DNA of 60,016 nucleotides from the IMG/VR virus record IMGVR_UViG_3300049930_000038, positions 1 to 60,016 of that record; one strand, given 5' to 3'. A program made the translations under genes and the position numbers. Of this stretch, positions 48,054 through 57,737 are shown one piece after another (positions within the stretch are counted from its first letter, which is position 1; each line of letters begins with the position of its first letter). The notes under the pieces were generated by a model that did no database searches, was not told the DNA's origin, and saw only the letters and a program-made list of their open reading frames with translations. This DNA is from a virus (Duplodnaviria > Caudoviricetes).

Positions 48054-48470
48054 TTATCGCAGGGCGTCGATCCTCGGCAGGCCGTGCTCGCGACGCTTGC
48101 GCCGCAGGTACTGCTTGCACACCTGCTCGGCGCCGGCGACCCCGTGCACCGCGACGGCAGCGCTCGTCGAGGCGACCGTGCCCCGGCTGTCGAGCAGCAG
48201 CCATGCGACGAACGAGTCGACGCCCTTGACGACGCGCCGCGCGACGTACCCGTACCCGGGCAGCGCCCGTTTGCGCGGCCCTCGGCGACGAGCTGCCCGA
48301 GCGTTCGCCGCGAGCACGGCGTCGCGCCATGCCTGCGCGGCAGCGAGCGAGGCCCGCACCCCGCCGTGCGAATTGAAGCTGAACAGCTTGGTTCTGCTGA
48401 GGGGCGGCCGCGCGATCCAGCCGCGCGTACCCTGATACTCGTGCCTCGTGATGTAACGTCGGTCGGTCAT
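48054..48470 (-). CDS. AP2-domain DNA-binding protein (two AP2-like units)
   Basis: GWIAR...TKLFSFNSHGGVRASLAAAQAWRD and a second degenerate unit. Confidence 0.7.
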   Translation of the reverse strand: MTDRRYITRHEYQGTRGWIARPPLSRTKLFSFNSHGGVRASLAAAQAWRDAVLAANARAARRRGPRKRALPGYGYVARRVVKGVDSFVAWLLLDSRGTVASTSAAVAVHGVAGAEQVCKQYLRRKRREHGLPRIDALR

Positions 48471-49243
48471 GCCCTCGTCGCCTTTCGGATCTCTGCCTTG
48501 ATTTCCTCGAACCTCGCTGCTGCCTCGCCGAGCGGCACGAGCGGCGCGTGCCGATATGCCTGCATCAGGTCGTAAAATGCGCTGCTCTCGAGCCACGCCT
48601 CGACCCGCTCGACGGCAGGCAGGGGCGCGCCCATAAGGGGCAGGACGAACGCGAGCAGCTCGTCGAGCTCGAGCAACACGGCCGCGTGTTCGTCCTGCGC
48701 GTCGCGGTCCCTGTCGCCGCCGGCGACCTCGGCCGCACGTGCCCGCGCCTGCCGCCGCCGGCGCAGCTCGTCGCCGATGCGCAGCAGGTCGCGCGGTTCG
48801 CCGGGCGGCCGCGGGTCGGGCTGCACCTTGCCGATCCAGGCGAGCAGCTCGTCGTGCTCGCGCACGAGCACCTCGCTGCACGCTGACCCGAGCGCTTTCA
48901 GGTCGCGAGCATGCTGCTGCCGCTCGCGAATGTGCTCGATCAGGTCGCGCCATTTCTCGCGCTGCCCGTGCCATGTGTCGGCTGCGGTTTTGAACGCCGA
49001 CGCGATCGGAACGTCGCGGTCGATCAGCTCGACGTCATCGCCGAGCAGCTCGTTCAGGATGTCGCGCGCGAGGGCGCCGGTCATCGACGCGCCGAACACG
49101 CGCTGCTCGTTCGGCAGGTCCTCGTCGCTGATGCGGCGCACCTGCTCGACGACGCGAGACAGCGCGCCGAGCGGCACGTGTGCGTCGAGCAGCAGGCGCA
49201 GCACGGCGCGCACCCGCAGGACGGTTCGCCATCGCGCGTTCAT
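48467..49243 (-). CDS. Hypothetical protein
   Basis: ATG 49243, ATGA coupling; FYDLMQAYRHAP motif. Confidence 0.7.
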   Translation of the reverse strand: MNARWRTVLRVRAVLRLLLDAHVPLGALSRVVEQVRRISDEDLPNEQRVFGASMTGALARDILNELLGDDVELIDRDVPIASAFKTAADTWHGQREKWRDLIEHIRERQQHARDLKALGSACSEVLVREHDELLAWIGKVQPDPRPPGEPRDLLRIGDELRRRRQARARAAEVAGGDRDRDAQDEHAAVLLELDELLAFVLPLMGAPLPAVERVEAWLESSAFYDLMQAYRHAPLVPLGEAAARFEEIKAEIRKATRA

Positions 49244-50067
49244 GACCGCCCCTCGAGGTGCTCGCTCGCCGGCGTGCCGTCGGGTCGCACGCGCCCGGTG
49301 TGCGGGTGACGTGTCCACCCCTCGGGCTCGCCGTGCCCGTCCCACGACAGCGCCGCCCGCCATCCGGCGTCGCGGTGTTCGGCGTCATAGTCCCACGTGC
49401 CGAGGAACTCGAGGCTGCCGAGCATGCCGACCGACAGCTGCACGCCCGCCGCATGCCACGGCAGCAGGAACAGCGAGCGCCCATCCTGCAGGCGCGTGAC
49501 CCACAGATAATCGACGTGCGGGCTGCTGCGGAACGCAGCCATGCCGATCCGCTGCGCGACGACGAGCTCGATGTCGCTGACCGGGCGAGGTCGTGTCCAG
49601 TCGCCGCCCGGCGGGGTGCGCACGCTCGCCCGCGAGGGCACGACCCCGCGCGCCGTCGGCGGCAGGCCGACGCTCGAACCGTCGTCGTGCACGACCTCGA
49701 GCTCGACCGTGCTGCGGTTCGTCACGAGCACGTCGCCGGCGACGGTCGCATGCACGAGCAGCTCGATATGCGGCGGCGGGTTCAGCTGCCGCAGGCCGCG
49801 GTCGAGCGCCGCCCGCTGCTCGGCGTCGGTCGCCGTGCGCACGTGCACGCGGTCGCGGATCGGGTCGTCGATGATGACGCCTGCGGCCCGCGCGGCGTGC
49901 AGGCGGGCCTCGGCGGCGTTCCCGGTGTGGCTGCCGACGTATCCCTCGATCGCGTCAGCGAGCTCGTCGAGGACCGTCGCGCTGCAGCCGTCCTGATCGC
50001 GCCATTGCTTGGCGAACGTCGTCGCCTTTTGAATCAGCAGCACGAGGTCGACACGCGGCGCGTTCAC
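49240..50067 (-). CDS. Hypothetical mosaic protein
   Basis: C-terminal WDGHGEPEGWTRHPHTGRVRPDG. Confidence 0.7.
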   Translation of the reverse strand: MNAPRVDLVLLIQKATTFAKQWRDQDGCSATVLDELADAIEGYVGSHTGNAAEARLHAARAAGVIIDDPIRDRVHVRTATDAEQRAALDRGLRQLNPPPHIELLVHATVAGDVLVTNRSTVELEVVHDDGSSVGLPPTARGVVPSRASVRTPPGGDWTRPRPVSDIELVVAQRIGMAAFRSSPHVDYLWVTRLQDGRSLFLLPWHAAGVQLSVGMLGSLEFLGTWDYDAEHRDAGWRAALSWDGHGEPEGWTRHPHTGRVRPDGTPASEHLEGRS

Positions 50068-50327
50068 GCTCGCCCCGCTTTCACGTCGGCAATGAACGCC
50101 TGAATTTCGGCGTTCACGCGCAGCATCAGCTGCTCGTCGTCGTCAGTGACCTCGTCGCCATCCGACGCGCCTCTCGTCAGGATCTCGAACAGCGCCTGCG
50201 CGCCGGCATAAAAGGCCCGCCGCGACTCGACGCGCTGCACGGGCGACGCCGTGCGCGGGATAACACCCGCCTCGTACGATTGCCACTGCTCGGCGAGCGT
50301 CGTGCCGTACTTGGCCGGGCCGTTCAC
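50064..50327 (-). CDS. Phage hypothetical protein
   Basis: GTG 50327; QRVESRRAFYAGA motif. Confidence 0.7.
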   Translation of the reverse strand: MNGPAKYGTTLAEQWQSYEAGVIPRTASPVQRVESRRAFYAGAQALFEILTRGASDGDEVTDDDEQLMLRVNAEIQAFIADVKAGRA

Positions 50328-50818
50328 GATGCACCCCGCTGACTGATGCGCTCGCCGAGCTCGAACAGCCATTTCCCGGCGCGCTGCCGCAGGGGCGCGT
50401 TCGGGCGCAGCGCTGCCTTGACGTGCTCGTCGAGTCGCTGCGCGCGCGCGCACGCCTGCCGGCTGCCGGCCGTGTTCTGTGTCTCGAGGTCGGCGCGCAC
50501 GGCGTCGACGAGCTGCCACAGGTGCTGTCTGCCGTTGCGCCAATAAGCGACGTTCGGCTCGGTCGAGTCGGCCGCCGGCGGCAGGGTGTCGGGCATGCGC
50601 GCCGTCGCCTCGTCGAGCAGGTGCCGCATGCGCTGCGCGTCCTCGCCCGCCTTGGCAGCGATGCCCGCATGCCGCCCTGCCTCGTACGCCTCGGTCAGCA
50701 GCGACCGCAGGTGCCCGGTGCTGCCGGGTCGCTCGGCGTCGTCGTGCAGCTGCAGGACGCGGGTCGTTAGTTCCTCGAACAACGCAGCTGTGCTGATGCT
50801 CGTTAGCTTTTGATTCAT
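50324..50818 (-). CDS. Hypothetical protein
   Basis: GGAGG SD, coupled to next gene. Confidence 0.7.
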   Translation of the reverse strand: MNQKLTSISTAALFEELTTRVLQLHDDAERPGSTGHLRSLLTEAYEAGRHAGIAAKAGEDAQRMRHLLDEATARMPDTLPPAADSTEPNVAYWRNGRQHLWQLVDAVRADLETQNTAGSRQACARAQRLDEHVKAALRPNAPLRQRAGKWLFELGERISQRGAS

Positions 50819-50866
50819 CCGGGTGCCTCCGGTGTTCCTATGTAGGTCGGTGTACTTAACGCCGGG

Positions 50867-52459
50867 TCACGGCGCGCCCGCCATCGTATACGAACCGCCG
50901 CTCGCCGCACCTGACATAACGACGCCGAGCATCATTGCCGCCTGATCCCGCAGCTGCGTCAGCGCGTCGGCGCGGTTGTCTCGCCCGCCCGGCATGCCGG
51001 TGAACAACCGCAATTCCTTACAGAACCCCGGAACCCACTCGCCTTTCCGCGGCACCCGCACGCGGCCCGCTCGGGCGTCGGCTGCCGTCGGCAGGCTGCG
51101 CAGGTATTTGGATCCGCGAGGCACGACGGGCACGATGAAAAGCGATTGATGGGTCTGCGCGGCGACGAGCTCGAGCAGCCGGAACGCCGACACCTCCTCG
51201 AGCAGCACCGGCGCGCCCGGGTAATGCACCTGCTGCAGGTCGTTCAGGAACTCGAGCAGCTCGAGCGGTTCGAGCCACAGCTGCTCGGCCCAAACGACAT
51301 CGAGGTTCACGTCGTGCACGACCTCGCGGCGACGGGTTTCCGGATTGATGACCTCGCGTTTCGTCAGGTACGCCCATGCGACCACGATGCCCGAGGGGTC
51401 GGGCTCGGTCCGCTTGCGCTGCTGACGCTGCTTGCTCGGGTCTTTCTTTTCGATACCGGGGTCGCAGCTGATCAGCAGGATCGCGCCGTCGCTGCGCGCG
51501 CGGTCGTACCGCGCGAGCTCGGGAAACAGGCGCTTGCCGCGAGGGCTGACGTCCTGCATCAGGTTCGGCCAAAAGTAGGGGCCGAGCAGCGACGCCCACT
51601 CGATGATTGCCGGCAGGTCATAGCGCCACGGGCACAGCGGTTTGCCGCCGACGATCCGTTCGTTGCCGTCCTCGTCGCTCGTCACCTCGATGTCCTCGAG
51701 GATCGGCAGCGTGATCACCTCGAACCGCGGCGCGTCCGGATCCTTTTCCAACCAGTCTTTTATGCGCCCGATCGGATCGTCCTCGTTCCACCGTTGCATG
51801 CCGACGAACACGCTGCAGCCCGGCTCGCGCCGCGACATCAGCGTGCCGCGCAGAGTGTTGTAAGCCTCGTCGCGGTACAGCTGCGACTCGGCCTCGCTGT
51901 GATCTTTCAGCGGGTCGTCGTACAGGATCAGGTCGAACCCCTCGCCGATCCATTGCCCGTGCCGGCCGCCGGCGACGAACTGCCCGCCCGAGCTCGTCTG
52001 CCAAAAGGCGACTGACTTGCTCGGGTCGAAATGCTGCGCGGTCCGCTGTTCCTCGCCGACCCATACGCCCGCCTGCGCGGCGAGCTCGCGCACCTCGCGG
52101 CTGCGCCTGAACGCGATGTCGTTCGCATACGTGCAGAACGCGACGCGAGGCCTCGTGCGATACCGCAGCAGGCGCGCTGCCGCAGCCTGAAATATGCTCG
52201 TTTTGATGTGCCGCGAGGGCGCCTCGATGATGCAGAACACCGGGCCTTTCATCGCGCGGTCGAACGCATCGACGAGCCGGTGCATGTGCGTCGGCTTGCG
52301 ATAGCGCGGCTGATGCAGCGCGATGAACTTGTAAAGCTCGTGCTCGGCCTGCCGCACGTCGAGCGCGCGTCGCGCCTTGGCGCGCATCAGCAGGTCGCGC
52401 CGGTGCGCCTTGGCGATGTCGTCGTCGTCGGTCAGGTCGATCGGCAGCGGCGCGATCAA
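50867..52459 (-). CDS. terL: Terminase large subunit
   Basis: APSRHIKTS Walker A, LILYDDP Walker B, MQRWNEDD, nuclease DPG...DNRADA. Confidence 0.92.
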   Translation of the reverse strand: MIAPLPIDLTDDDDIAKAHRRDLLMRAKARRALDVRQAEHELYKFIALHQPRYRKPTHMHRLVDAFDRAMKGPVFCIIEAPSRHIKTSIFQAAAARLLRYRTRPRVAFCTYANDIAFRRSREVRELAAQAGVWVGEEQRTAQHFDPSKSVAFWQTSSGGQFVAGGRHGQWIGEGFDLILYDDPLKDHSEAESQLYRDEAYNTLRGTLMSRREPGCSVFVGMQRWNEDDPIGRIKDWLEKDPDAPRFEVITLPILEDIEVTSDEDGNERIVGGKPLCPWRYDLPAIIEWASLLGPYFWPNLMQDVSPRGKRLFPELARYDRARSDGAILLISCDPGIEKKDPSKQRQQRKRTEPDPSGIVVAWAYLTKREVINPETRRREVVHDVNLDVVWAEQLWLEPLELLEFLNDLQQVHYPGAPVLLEEVSAFRLLELVAAQTHQSLFIVPVVPRGSKYLRSLPTAADARAGRVRVPRKGEWVPGFCKELRLFTGMPGGRDNRADALTQLRDQAAMMLGVVMSGAASGGSYTMAGAP

Positions 52460-53094
52460 TTCATGCCCCGCAGCGCCTCGATGCCCTGCTCGGCGACGAG
52501 CGCGAGCTGCTCGTCGGTCAGGTCGTCGAACTCATCCTGCGTCGACAGCTTGACGTTTTTGGGTGGCTCGACGCCGTTGTAACGCCCGAACGCCTCGGCC
52601 GCGTCGAGCGCGACCCGCATCGCAGCGACGCTGCCGTTCGCGAGCATGCGCAGCCGCACCGTGCGAAAGGTCGTCAGGCACTCGGCGAGCGCCTCGGCGC
52701 GCGCATCGGGATCGCTGCGGAACGCATGCCGCAGCAGCCGGTTCGCCTCGGCCGCGACGTGCTCGACCGTGCCCGGGTGCACACCCCATTTCTGCGCGAG
52801 GGCGACGTGCGAGCTGCCCGCATGCCACTCGCCCCGCTGCATCATCGCGAGCACCTCGGCGACCCGCTGCTCGCGCGGGGTCAGCGACGCCTGCCATGCG
52901 TCGAACTCGTTCGGCGGCGAGGGCTGCTCGTCGCGAGCTGCTCTCGGCGACGGACGCCTGCTCGAACGTTTGGGGGCGCGAGCCCCCTTGCCCTTGGCAG
53001 TCGCGCGCGCGCGTGACCGATCGGCAGACGGCGCTCGTGCCACCCCCCGGGGTGAACTCGGTTTGCGCGAGGCAGGTTTTTTGCGGGTCGGCAT
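52456..53094 (-). CDS. Terminase small subunit (putative)
   Basis: HTH-like segment, ends DDLTDEQL, directly upstream of TerL. Confidence 0.7.
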   Translation of the reverse strand: MPTRKKPASRKPSSPRGVARAPSADRSRARATAKGKGARAPKRSSRRPSPRAARDEQPSPPNEFDAWQASLTPREQRVAEVLAMMQRGEWHAGSSHVALAQKWGVHPGTVEHVAAEANRLLRHAFRSDPDARAEALAECLTTFRTVRLRMLANGSVAAMRVALDAAEAFGRYNGVEPPKNVKLSTQDEFDDLTDEQLALVAEQGIEALRGMN

Positions 53095-53344
53095 GGCGTC
53101 TCGATGTGAAACGTACCGCGAGAAACCGATCGGTTCCACGGTGCGAGTGCAGCGACGTGCGGCGTCGAGTGTCGCACCTAAGTCGATCGGCTGCGCCGAT
53201 TCCCTCTAGGCAGACCCGGGTCGAGCAAGGCAGTCTGCGACGCGAGACGACGGGTCACGAGGCTGTCCCCCCCCGGCCCGGGCCCGTCGTCACGCTTATT
53301 CGCAGGCAGGGGTTTCGAGGGCGGGAACAGGGGCAGGCAGGGGC

Positions 53345-54559
53345 ATGACTGACGAGGGCGAGCGGCGAGCGGCTCGGGTGAAACACATTGACCCGGCGGC
53401 ACTCGCCGAGCTGCGAACGGCGCTCGAACGCGAGGGCAGCGGGCTGTCGCTGCACGCGATCGACGTCATCGATTATGTCGAGCACCTGCGCGAGCTGCCC
53501 GACCGCACCCTCGCGAAAGACTTTCTCGCGCTGTACACCTCGGCGCGCGCGCTGACGTCGGCGTGGCATCCTGCCGTCGAGCGCGCCGCGCTGTGGGATC
53601 AGGTCGAGCACCTCGGCCTGCACGTGCGCCGGCTCGCCCCGCTGTACGACGACGTTCGGATGCAGCTGAACCTGCAGCTCGCGACCGACCGCGCCCGGAT
53701 TGCCCGCGACACCGGGCAGCAGCCGCACACCGTTCGGGTGCTGCAGCTCGACGGCAGCGTCAGCGTCGAGTGCGACCATACGTTCAAGGGCACGCGCGCC
53801 TGCGTTCACTGCGGCACGACCGTCGACGAGCTGATCGCCCGCACGCGCGCCGCGGTCGCCGCGATGCAGCATCGCCCCGGCGAAACCGTCGCCGAGGCGG
53901 CGCGCCGGCACGGCCTCGAATTTCTGCCGGACGGCAGCGCGCGCCTGATCGACCCGCCGGTGCCGTTCGTCCTGCAGGGTGCCGTGCCCGCCCGTCCGGG
54001 CGCCGCGCTGCGGCCCGGGCAGGACACCGACCCGTCGCTGCTCGACGACCTGCGGCTGCCCTCGCTGCTGCCCGACGGCGTGCTGCACGCGACGCCCGAC
54101 GAGCTCGCCGACGTCATCGCCCGGCAGCTCGACGAGCACGAGGGGCGGGGCATCATCGCGCTGCGCGGTATCAGCGAGCTCGACGCTGCCCTCGAACCCG
54201 ACGACGAGCTGTCCGTTCCCATCACCCTCGGCCCGACGCTGCGCCCGCGCATCGAGGCACTCGTCGCGACGACCCGGCTCGGCCGCGATATCGAGCACGT
54301 CGTGCAGACGCTGTTCGTTCTCGGCATGCTCGAGGCCGAGGGGCAGGACCCGCAGGCGCACGTCGGCGCGCCGCATTCGCACGTCAGCGCCGAGGCGCTG
54401 TTCGTCCGGTTCGGCATGCCGCACGAGGGCGACGGCAAGGCCGCGCAGCAGCGCGCCGCCGTCCTGCGGCAGCTGTTCCTCGACCTCGTCGAATGGTGCG
54501 ACGAGGCCGACCCGCTGCGCCCGTCGCTGCTCGCGGCACTCGAACACCTGCCCCGATGA
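53345..54559 (+). CDS. Hypothetical protein
   Basis: 404 aa, typical codon usage, CxH...CVHCG. Confidence 0.75.
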   Translation: MTDEGERRAARVKHIDPAALAELRTALEREGSGLSLHAIDVIDYVEHLRELPDRTLAKDFLALYTSARALTSAWHPAVERAALWDQVEHLGLHVRRLAPLYDDVRMQLNLQLATDRARIARDTGQQPHTVRVLQLDGSVSVECDHTFKGTRACVHCGTTVDELIARTRAAVAAMQHRPGETVAEAARRHGLEFLPDGSARLIDPPVPFVLQGAVPARPGAALRPGQDTDPSLLDDLRLPSLLPDGVLHATPDELADVIARQLDEHEGRGIIALRGISELDAALEPDDELSVPITLGPTLRPRIEALVATTRLGRDIEHVVQTLFVLGMLEAEGQDPQAHVGAPHSHVSAEALFVRFGMPHEGDGKAAQQRAAVLRQLFLDLVEWCDEADPLRPSLLAALEHLPR

Positions 54560-55062
54560 AAGCCGGCATGTCCTCGGCGCCGCCGATCCTCGTGCACGTG
54601 TACGGGGCACGCAACGGCGAGCCGCACCCTGAACCGCTGCCGCCGCACCGGGTCGTGCGCTCGTGCGAGGACCTGCACGGTTACCCGCGATGCATGGGCG
54701 CCGCCGCGATGGGACCCGAGCGCTGCAGCTGCGACGACACCCTGACGCCCGAGCAGCACGAGCAGTGCCGGGCCGAGGCGTGGCAGGCGTACCTCGACCG
54801 GGGCGGCGACATGTGCGACGACTGCGCCTTTCGCAAGGGGTCGCCCGAGGCCGAGTCGCTCGCCGCGATCGCGAGCTCGCCCGTGCCGTTCCGCTGTCAC
54901 AAGGGCATGCCCGTCGACGCTCGACCCGGTTACCCGCAGCGCGACGCCTACTGCCCGGGCCTGCTCGTGCTCGCGGTCGACGGTTCGAAAGTCGTTACCG
55001 CGCCCGACTATCCCGTGTGCGCCGGCTGGAAACGCGCGCACGAGGCGCAGGCGAGGCGCTAG
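54556..55062 (+). CDS. Cys-rich hypothetical protein
   Basis: MCDDCAFRKGSPE...FRCHKGM...CAGW. Confidence 0.7.
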   Translation: MKAGMSSAPPILVHVYGARNGEPHPEPLPPHRVVRSCEDLHGYPRCMGAAAMGPERCSCDDTLTPEQHEQCRAEAWQAYLDRGGDMCDDCAFRKGSPEAESLAAIASSPVPFRCHKGMPVDARPGYPQRDAYCPGLLVLAVDGSKVVTAPDYPVCAGWKRAHEAQARR

Positions 55063-55063
55063 A

Positions 55064-55369
55064 ATGTCGACCGTGACTCGTCGCCCGACGCGCCTCGACA
55101 CCCCGCTGCCGGGTCACCGGTGCCCGGCATGCTGGTGTTCGCTCGTGCTCGACCCTCGGCGCGTCGGCGTTTGCCCGCGCTGTTTCGTGCTCGTCGTCTG
55201 CCTCGCGCCCGAGCGCCTGCAGCGGCTCGTGCCTGCCGACCTGACCCGGCTGTCGCTCGACGACCGGTGCCGCCTCGTCGCCGAGCAGGCGCACCTGATC
55301 ACGGTCGCCTCGAACGCATGGCGCGCGGCGCCGCGCACGCCGAGCCGCCCTCGGGTGCAGGTTCGCTAG
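55064..55369 (+). CDS. Zinc-finger protein
   Basis: CPAC...VCPRC. Confidence 0.6.
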   Translation: MSTVTRRPTRLDTPLPGHRCPACWCSLVLDPRRVGVCPRCFVLVVCLAPERLQRLVPADLTRLSLDDRCRLVAEQAHLITVASNAWRAAPRTPSRPRVQVR

Positions 55370-55661
55370 CGTCCTCGGCCGAGCACTGCAGGCACTGCCA
55401 CGGCGACAGTTTCGGGAACGGCCCGCGCCCGCTCGGGCGGGTATCCCACTGCTCGGGCGTGACGAGCTCGCTGCAGCGCGGGCAGTGCCGCAGCCGGCGC
55501 ACCCCGCGAGGCACCGCGCCCGGGTGCGGGAACCCGTGACAGTCGGTGCTGTACCGAGCCGGGCACCGGTCGCAGGCCGCGTCGGGCCCGTGATAACCGC
55601 AGGGCAGCGCCGCCGTCGCCGGTCCGGGCGCCGCCTCGTCGAGCTCGTCGTCGCCGTCCAT
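55299..55661 (-). CDS. Cys-rich protein, counter-oriented
   Basis: CxxH, CxxC x3; divergent from promoter at 55696. Confidence 0.55.
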   Translation of the reverse strand: MDGDDELDEAAPGPATAALPCGYHGPDAACDRCPARYSTDCHGFPHPGAVPRGVRRLRHCPRCSELVTPEQWDTRPSGRGPFPKLSPWQCLQCSAEDASEPAPEGGSACAAPRAMRSRRP

Positions 55662-55695
55662 TGGCGACCCACTACGGCACGGCCGTCGATTTCGT

Positions 55696-55720
55696 TCAAG
55701 TCACGGCGCGCCGCGCCGAT
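55696..55720 (+). promoter_or_regulatory. Sigma28-like promoter
   Basis: TCAAG-N14-GCCGAT then CTGATGGGC-ATG. Confidence 0.75.
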
Positions 55721-55729
55721 CTGATGGGC

Positions 55730-55900
55730 ATGACTCGTAAGCAGCAGATTGCAGAACGCGCCCGACTGATCGCCCTGCTCGGGTGGGCACCCGAACCGCC
55801 CGTCGCCGCCGAACGCTACTGCGCCACGACGGGCGAGCTGTGGCAGACCGCCGTCGAGCAGTGCGGGCGCGACGCCGCTGACGCCGCGAGGGCGGGCTGA
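55730..55900 (+). CDS. Hypothetical protein
   Basis: ATG 9 nt after promoter; TGATG coupling. Confidence 0.6.
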   Translation: MTRKQQIAERARLIALLGWAPEPPVAAERYCATTGELWQTAVEQCGRDAADAARAG

Positions 55901-56262
55901 TGGCGGCCGAGCATCGCTGCACGGCGCGCTACGCCGACGACGACGGCAAGCCTACCGTTTCGGAACACACCTCGTTCGGGCTCGTCGACGGCAAGGGTCG
56001 CGAGCTCGGCGCCCGCACCCTGATCCATGCGCTGACCGTCGAGCTCGGCCCGATCGCCGAGTGGCACTCGGCGATTAGGCTCGCGCCCGGCCTGTATTTC
56101 ACGGTGTGGGTGCACGTCACACGCGACGCGCAGCCGTACGGTGCGAGCCCTCGAACGCACTACCTCGGGACGGTCGAGGCCGCGCAGCGCAAGGCCGCCG
56201 AGCTCGTCGCCGGCGCGCGCAAACGGTACGAGAAACGCGCCGCAGCGGGGCAAAAGCTGTGA
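55900..56262 (+). CDS. Hypothetical protein
   Basis: FGLVDGKGRELGA...VTRDAQPYGAS. Confidence 0.7.
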   Translation: MAAEHRCTARYADDDGKPTVSEHTSFGLVDGKGRELGARTLIHALTVELGPIAEWHSAIRLAPGLYFTVWVHVTRDAQPYGASPRTHYLGTVEAAQRKAAELVAGARKRYEKRAAAGQKL

Positions 56263-56486
56263 GCCGCACGCTGCGCATCGTTCTGAACCTGACGCCCGAC
56301 GAGGCGAGCGACCTGCACTCGGCGGTCGCCGTCCTGCGCGAGCGGCGCGCCGAGCAGGCCGAGCAGGCCGAGCTCGACCCGAGCGTCGCGATACCGCGCG
56401 AGGTCGAGGCGCTGCGCCTCGCCGTGCGAGCGCGCATGCTGCACGACCGGGTCGCCGCCGCGATCGAGCTCGCGCGCAAGCGCTGA
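56259..56486 (+). CDS. Hypothetical protein
   Basis: GTGA coupling. Confidence 0.6.
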   Translation: MSRTLRIVLNLTPDEASDLHSAVAVLRERRAEQAEQAELDPSVAIPREVEALRLAVRARMLHDRVAAAIELARKR

Positions 56487-56553
56487 CCCGTTCTAGTGCA
56501 GAGCTCCTATGTGGAACGCCCGCAGTTTTCTGTCGGGCGGATCCGCTTTTTGT

Positions 56554-56578
56554 TCAAGGCTCGGCAGGCCGCGCCGAT
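56554..56578 (+). promoter_or_regulatory. Sigma28-like promoter
   Basis: TCAAG-N14-GCCGAT then CTGATGGGC. Confidence 0.75.
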
Positions 56579-56590
56579 CTGATGGGCATC

Positions 56591-57157
56591 ATGAACGCGA
56601 CGCCGAACGCGGCCCCTGCCGCCCTCGAACCCGTTGACCCCTCGACCGTGCACCCGTGGGAACGCGCCGGCCTCGGCAAGGCGCCGTTTTTTTACCTCGG
56701 CGTTTCCGAGAAACGGGGCCCGATCGTCATCGAGCAGCGCGACGGCACGACGCTGACGATCGGTTCCGAGGGTCAGCCGATGGGCAGCTGCGCGTACTGC
56801 GGCCTCGGCATCGCCGAGTGTCATCATGTGCGCTCGAGCGACGGTAAGAAATTCACGGTCGGCTGCGATTGCATCCGTCGCGTGTATGGCGACGACCGCG
56901 CACCCCTGCGCGTCAAGGCCGAGGCCGCCTCGCGAAAGCGCCGGAACGCCGCCGCCAAGGCCCGCCGCGCCGCCAAGTCGACGACCGATCAGGCCGAGCT
57001 CGACGCGCTGCTCGCCGACGAGGGCACCCGCGCCAAGCTCGCCGCCCTGCCCGGGCCCCGTTTCGGAACGCTGCTCGAGCATGCCGAATTTATGGCGCGC
57101 AAGGCCGGCGCCGCAGGCCGAGCTCGGGCGCTGAAAGCGATCCGCGCAGCACTCTGA
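56591..57157 (+). CDS. Zinc-binding hypothetical protein
   Basis: HPWERAGLGKAPF...CAYCG...FTVGCDCI. Confidence 0.75.
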   Translation: MNATPNAAPAALEPVDPSTVHPWERAGLGKAPFFYLGVSEKRGPIVIEQRDGTTLTIGSEGQPMGSCAYCGLGIAECHHVRSSDGKKFTVGCDCIRRVYGDDRAPLRVKAEAASRKRRNAAAKARRAAKSTTDQAELDALLADEGTRAKLAALPGPRFGTLLEHAEFMARKAGAAGRARALKAIRAAL

Positions 57158-57174
57158 TTCACAGTGCGACACCC

Positions 57175-57214
57175 CTCGGGCCCGATGCATCAGCGTCGGG
57201 CCCGAGTCGCTTTT
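57175..57214 (+). terminator. Intrinsic terminator
   Basis: CTCGGGCCCGA...TCGGGCCCGAG stem then TCGCTTTT. Confidence 0.7.
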
Positions 57215-57218
57215 GTGT

Positions 57219-57243
57219 TCAAGGCGCCCGAGCTCGCGCCGGT
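57219..57243 (+). promoter_or_regulatory. Sigma28-like promoter
   Basis: TCAAG-N14-GCCGGT then CTGATCGGC-ATG. Confidence 0.7.
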
Positions 57244-57252
57244 CTGATCGGC

Positions 57253-57705
57253 ATGGTTCAGTATCAAGTCATCGTGCACGAGCTCGCGTTCTCGGGTGTG
57301 CAGGGCGCGCCCTGCCCGATCGGTACGTTCAAGGGCAAGCGTGCCAAGCAGCGCGCCATCGACGCAGCTCGCGCCGAGGCCGGCGACCGCGTCAGCGTCA
57401 CCTCGGTCGAGGTCGTGCAGCGCGGCGGCAAGGGCGACGGCGTCGCCGTCGCGACGTTCCGGAACCCCGATGCTTACATGCCCGCAGGGCACAGCTACTG
57501 CGCCGGGATCTACGTGTGCCCCAAAACGAAAGACATCATCGGCGTGTATGCCGTCAGCCGCGACAGCCGCCTGCCGCACACCTCGCCGCCGGCGTACACT
57601 TTCGAGCGCCTCGTGCCGGGCGTCGTCGTTCCGGATCCGACCGCGACTCGCGAGTCGGTCCTCGCCAAAATCTATCCGCCTGCTGCCGATGCCGCATGCG
57701 CCTAA
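57253..57705 (+). CDS. Hypothetical protein
   Basis: ATG 9 nt after promoter. Confidence 0.7.
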   Translation: MVQYQVIVHELAFSGVQGAPCPIGTFKGKRAKQRAIDAARAEAGDRVSVTSVEVVQRGGKGDGVAVATFRNPDAYMPAGHSYCAGIYVCPKTKDIIGVYAVSRDSRLPHTSPPAYTFERLVPGVVVPDPTATRESVLAKIYPPAADAACA

Positions 57706-57727
57706 AGGTCGCCCCGTCCCTGCCGTT
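57703..57727 (+). promoter_or_regulatory. Sigma28-like promoter
   Basis: TAAAG-N14-GCCGTT, ATG 10 nt later at 57738. Confidence 0.6.
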
Positions 57728-57737
57728 CCGGATGAAC

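Noticed and set aside
53097-53140. Further parS-like half sites (GTGAAACG, GTTCCACG; also near 16096 and 56505)
   Set aside because: Only half sites or three or more mismatches
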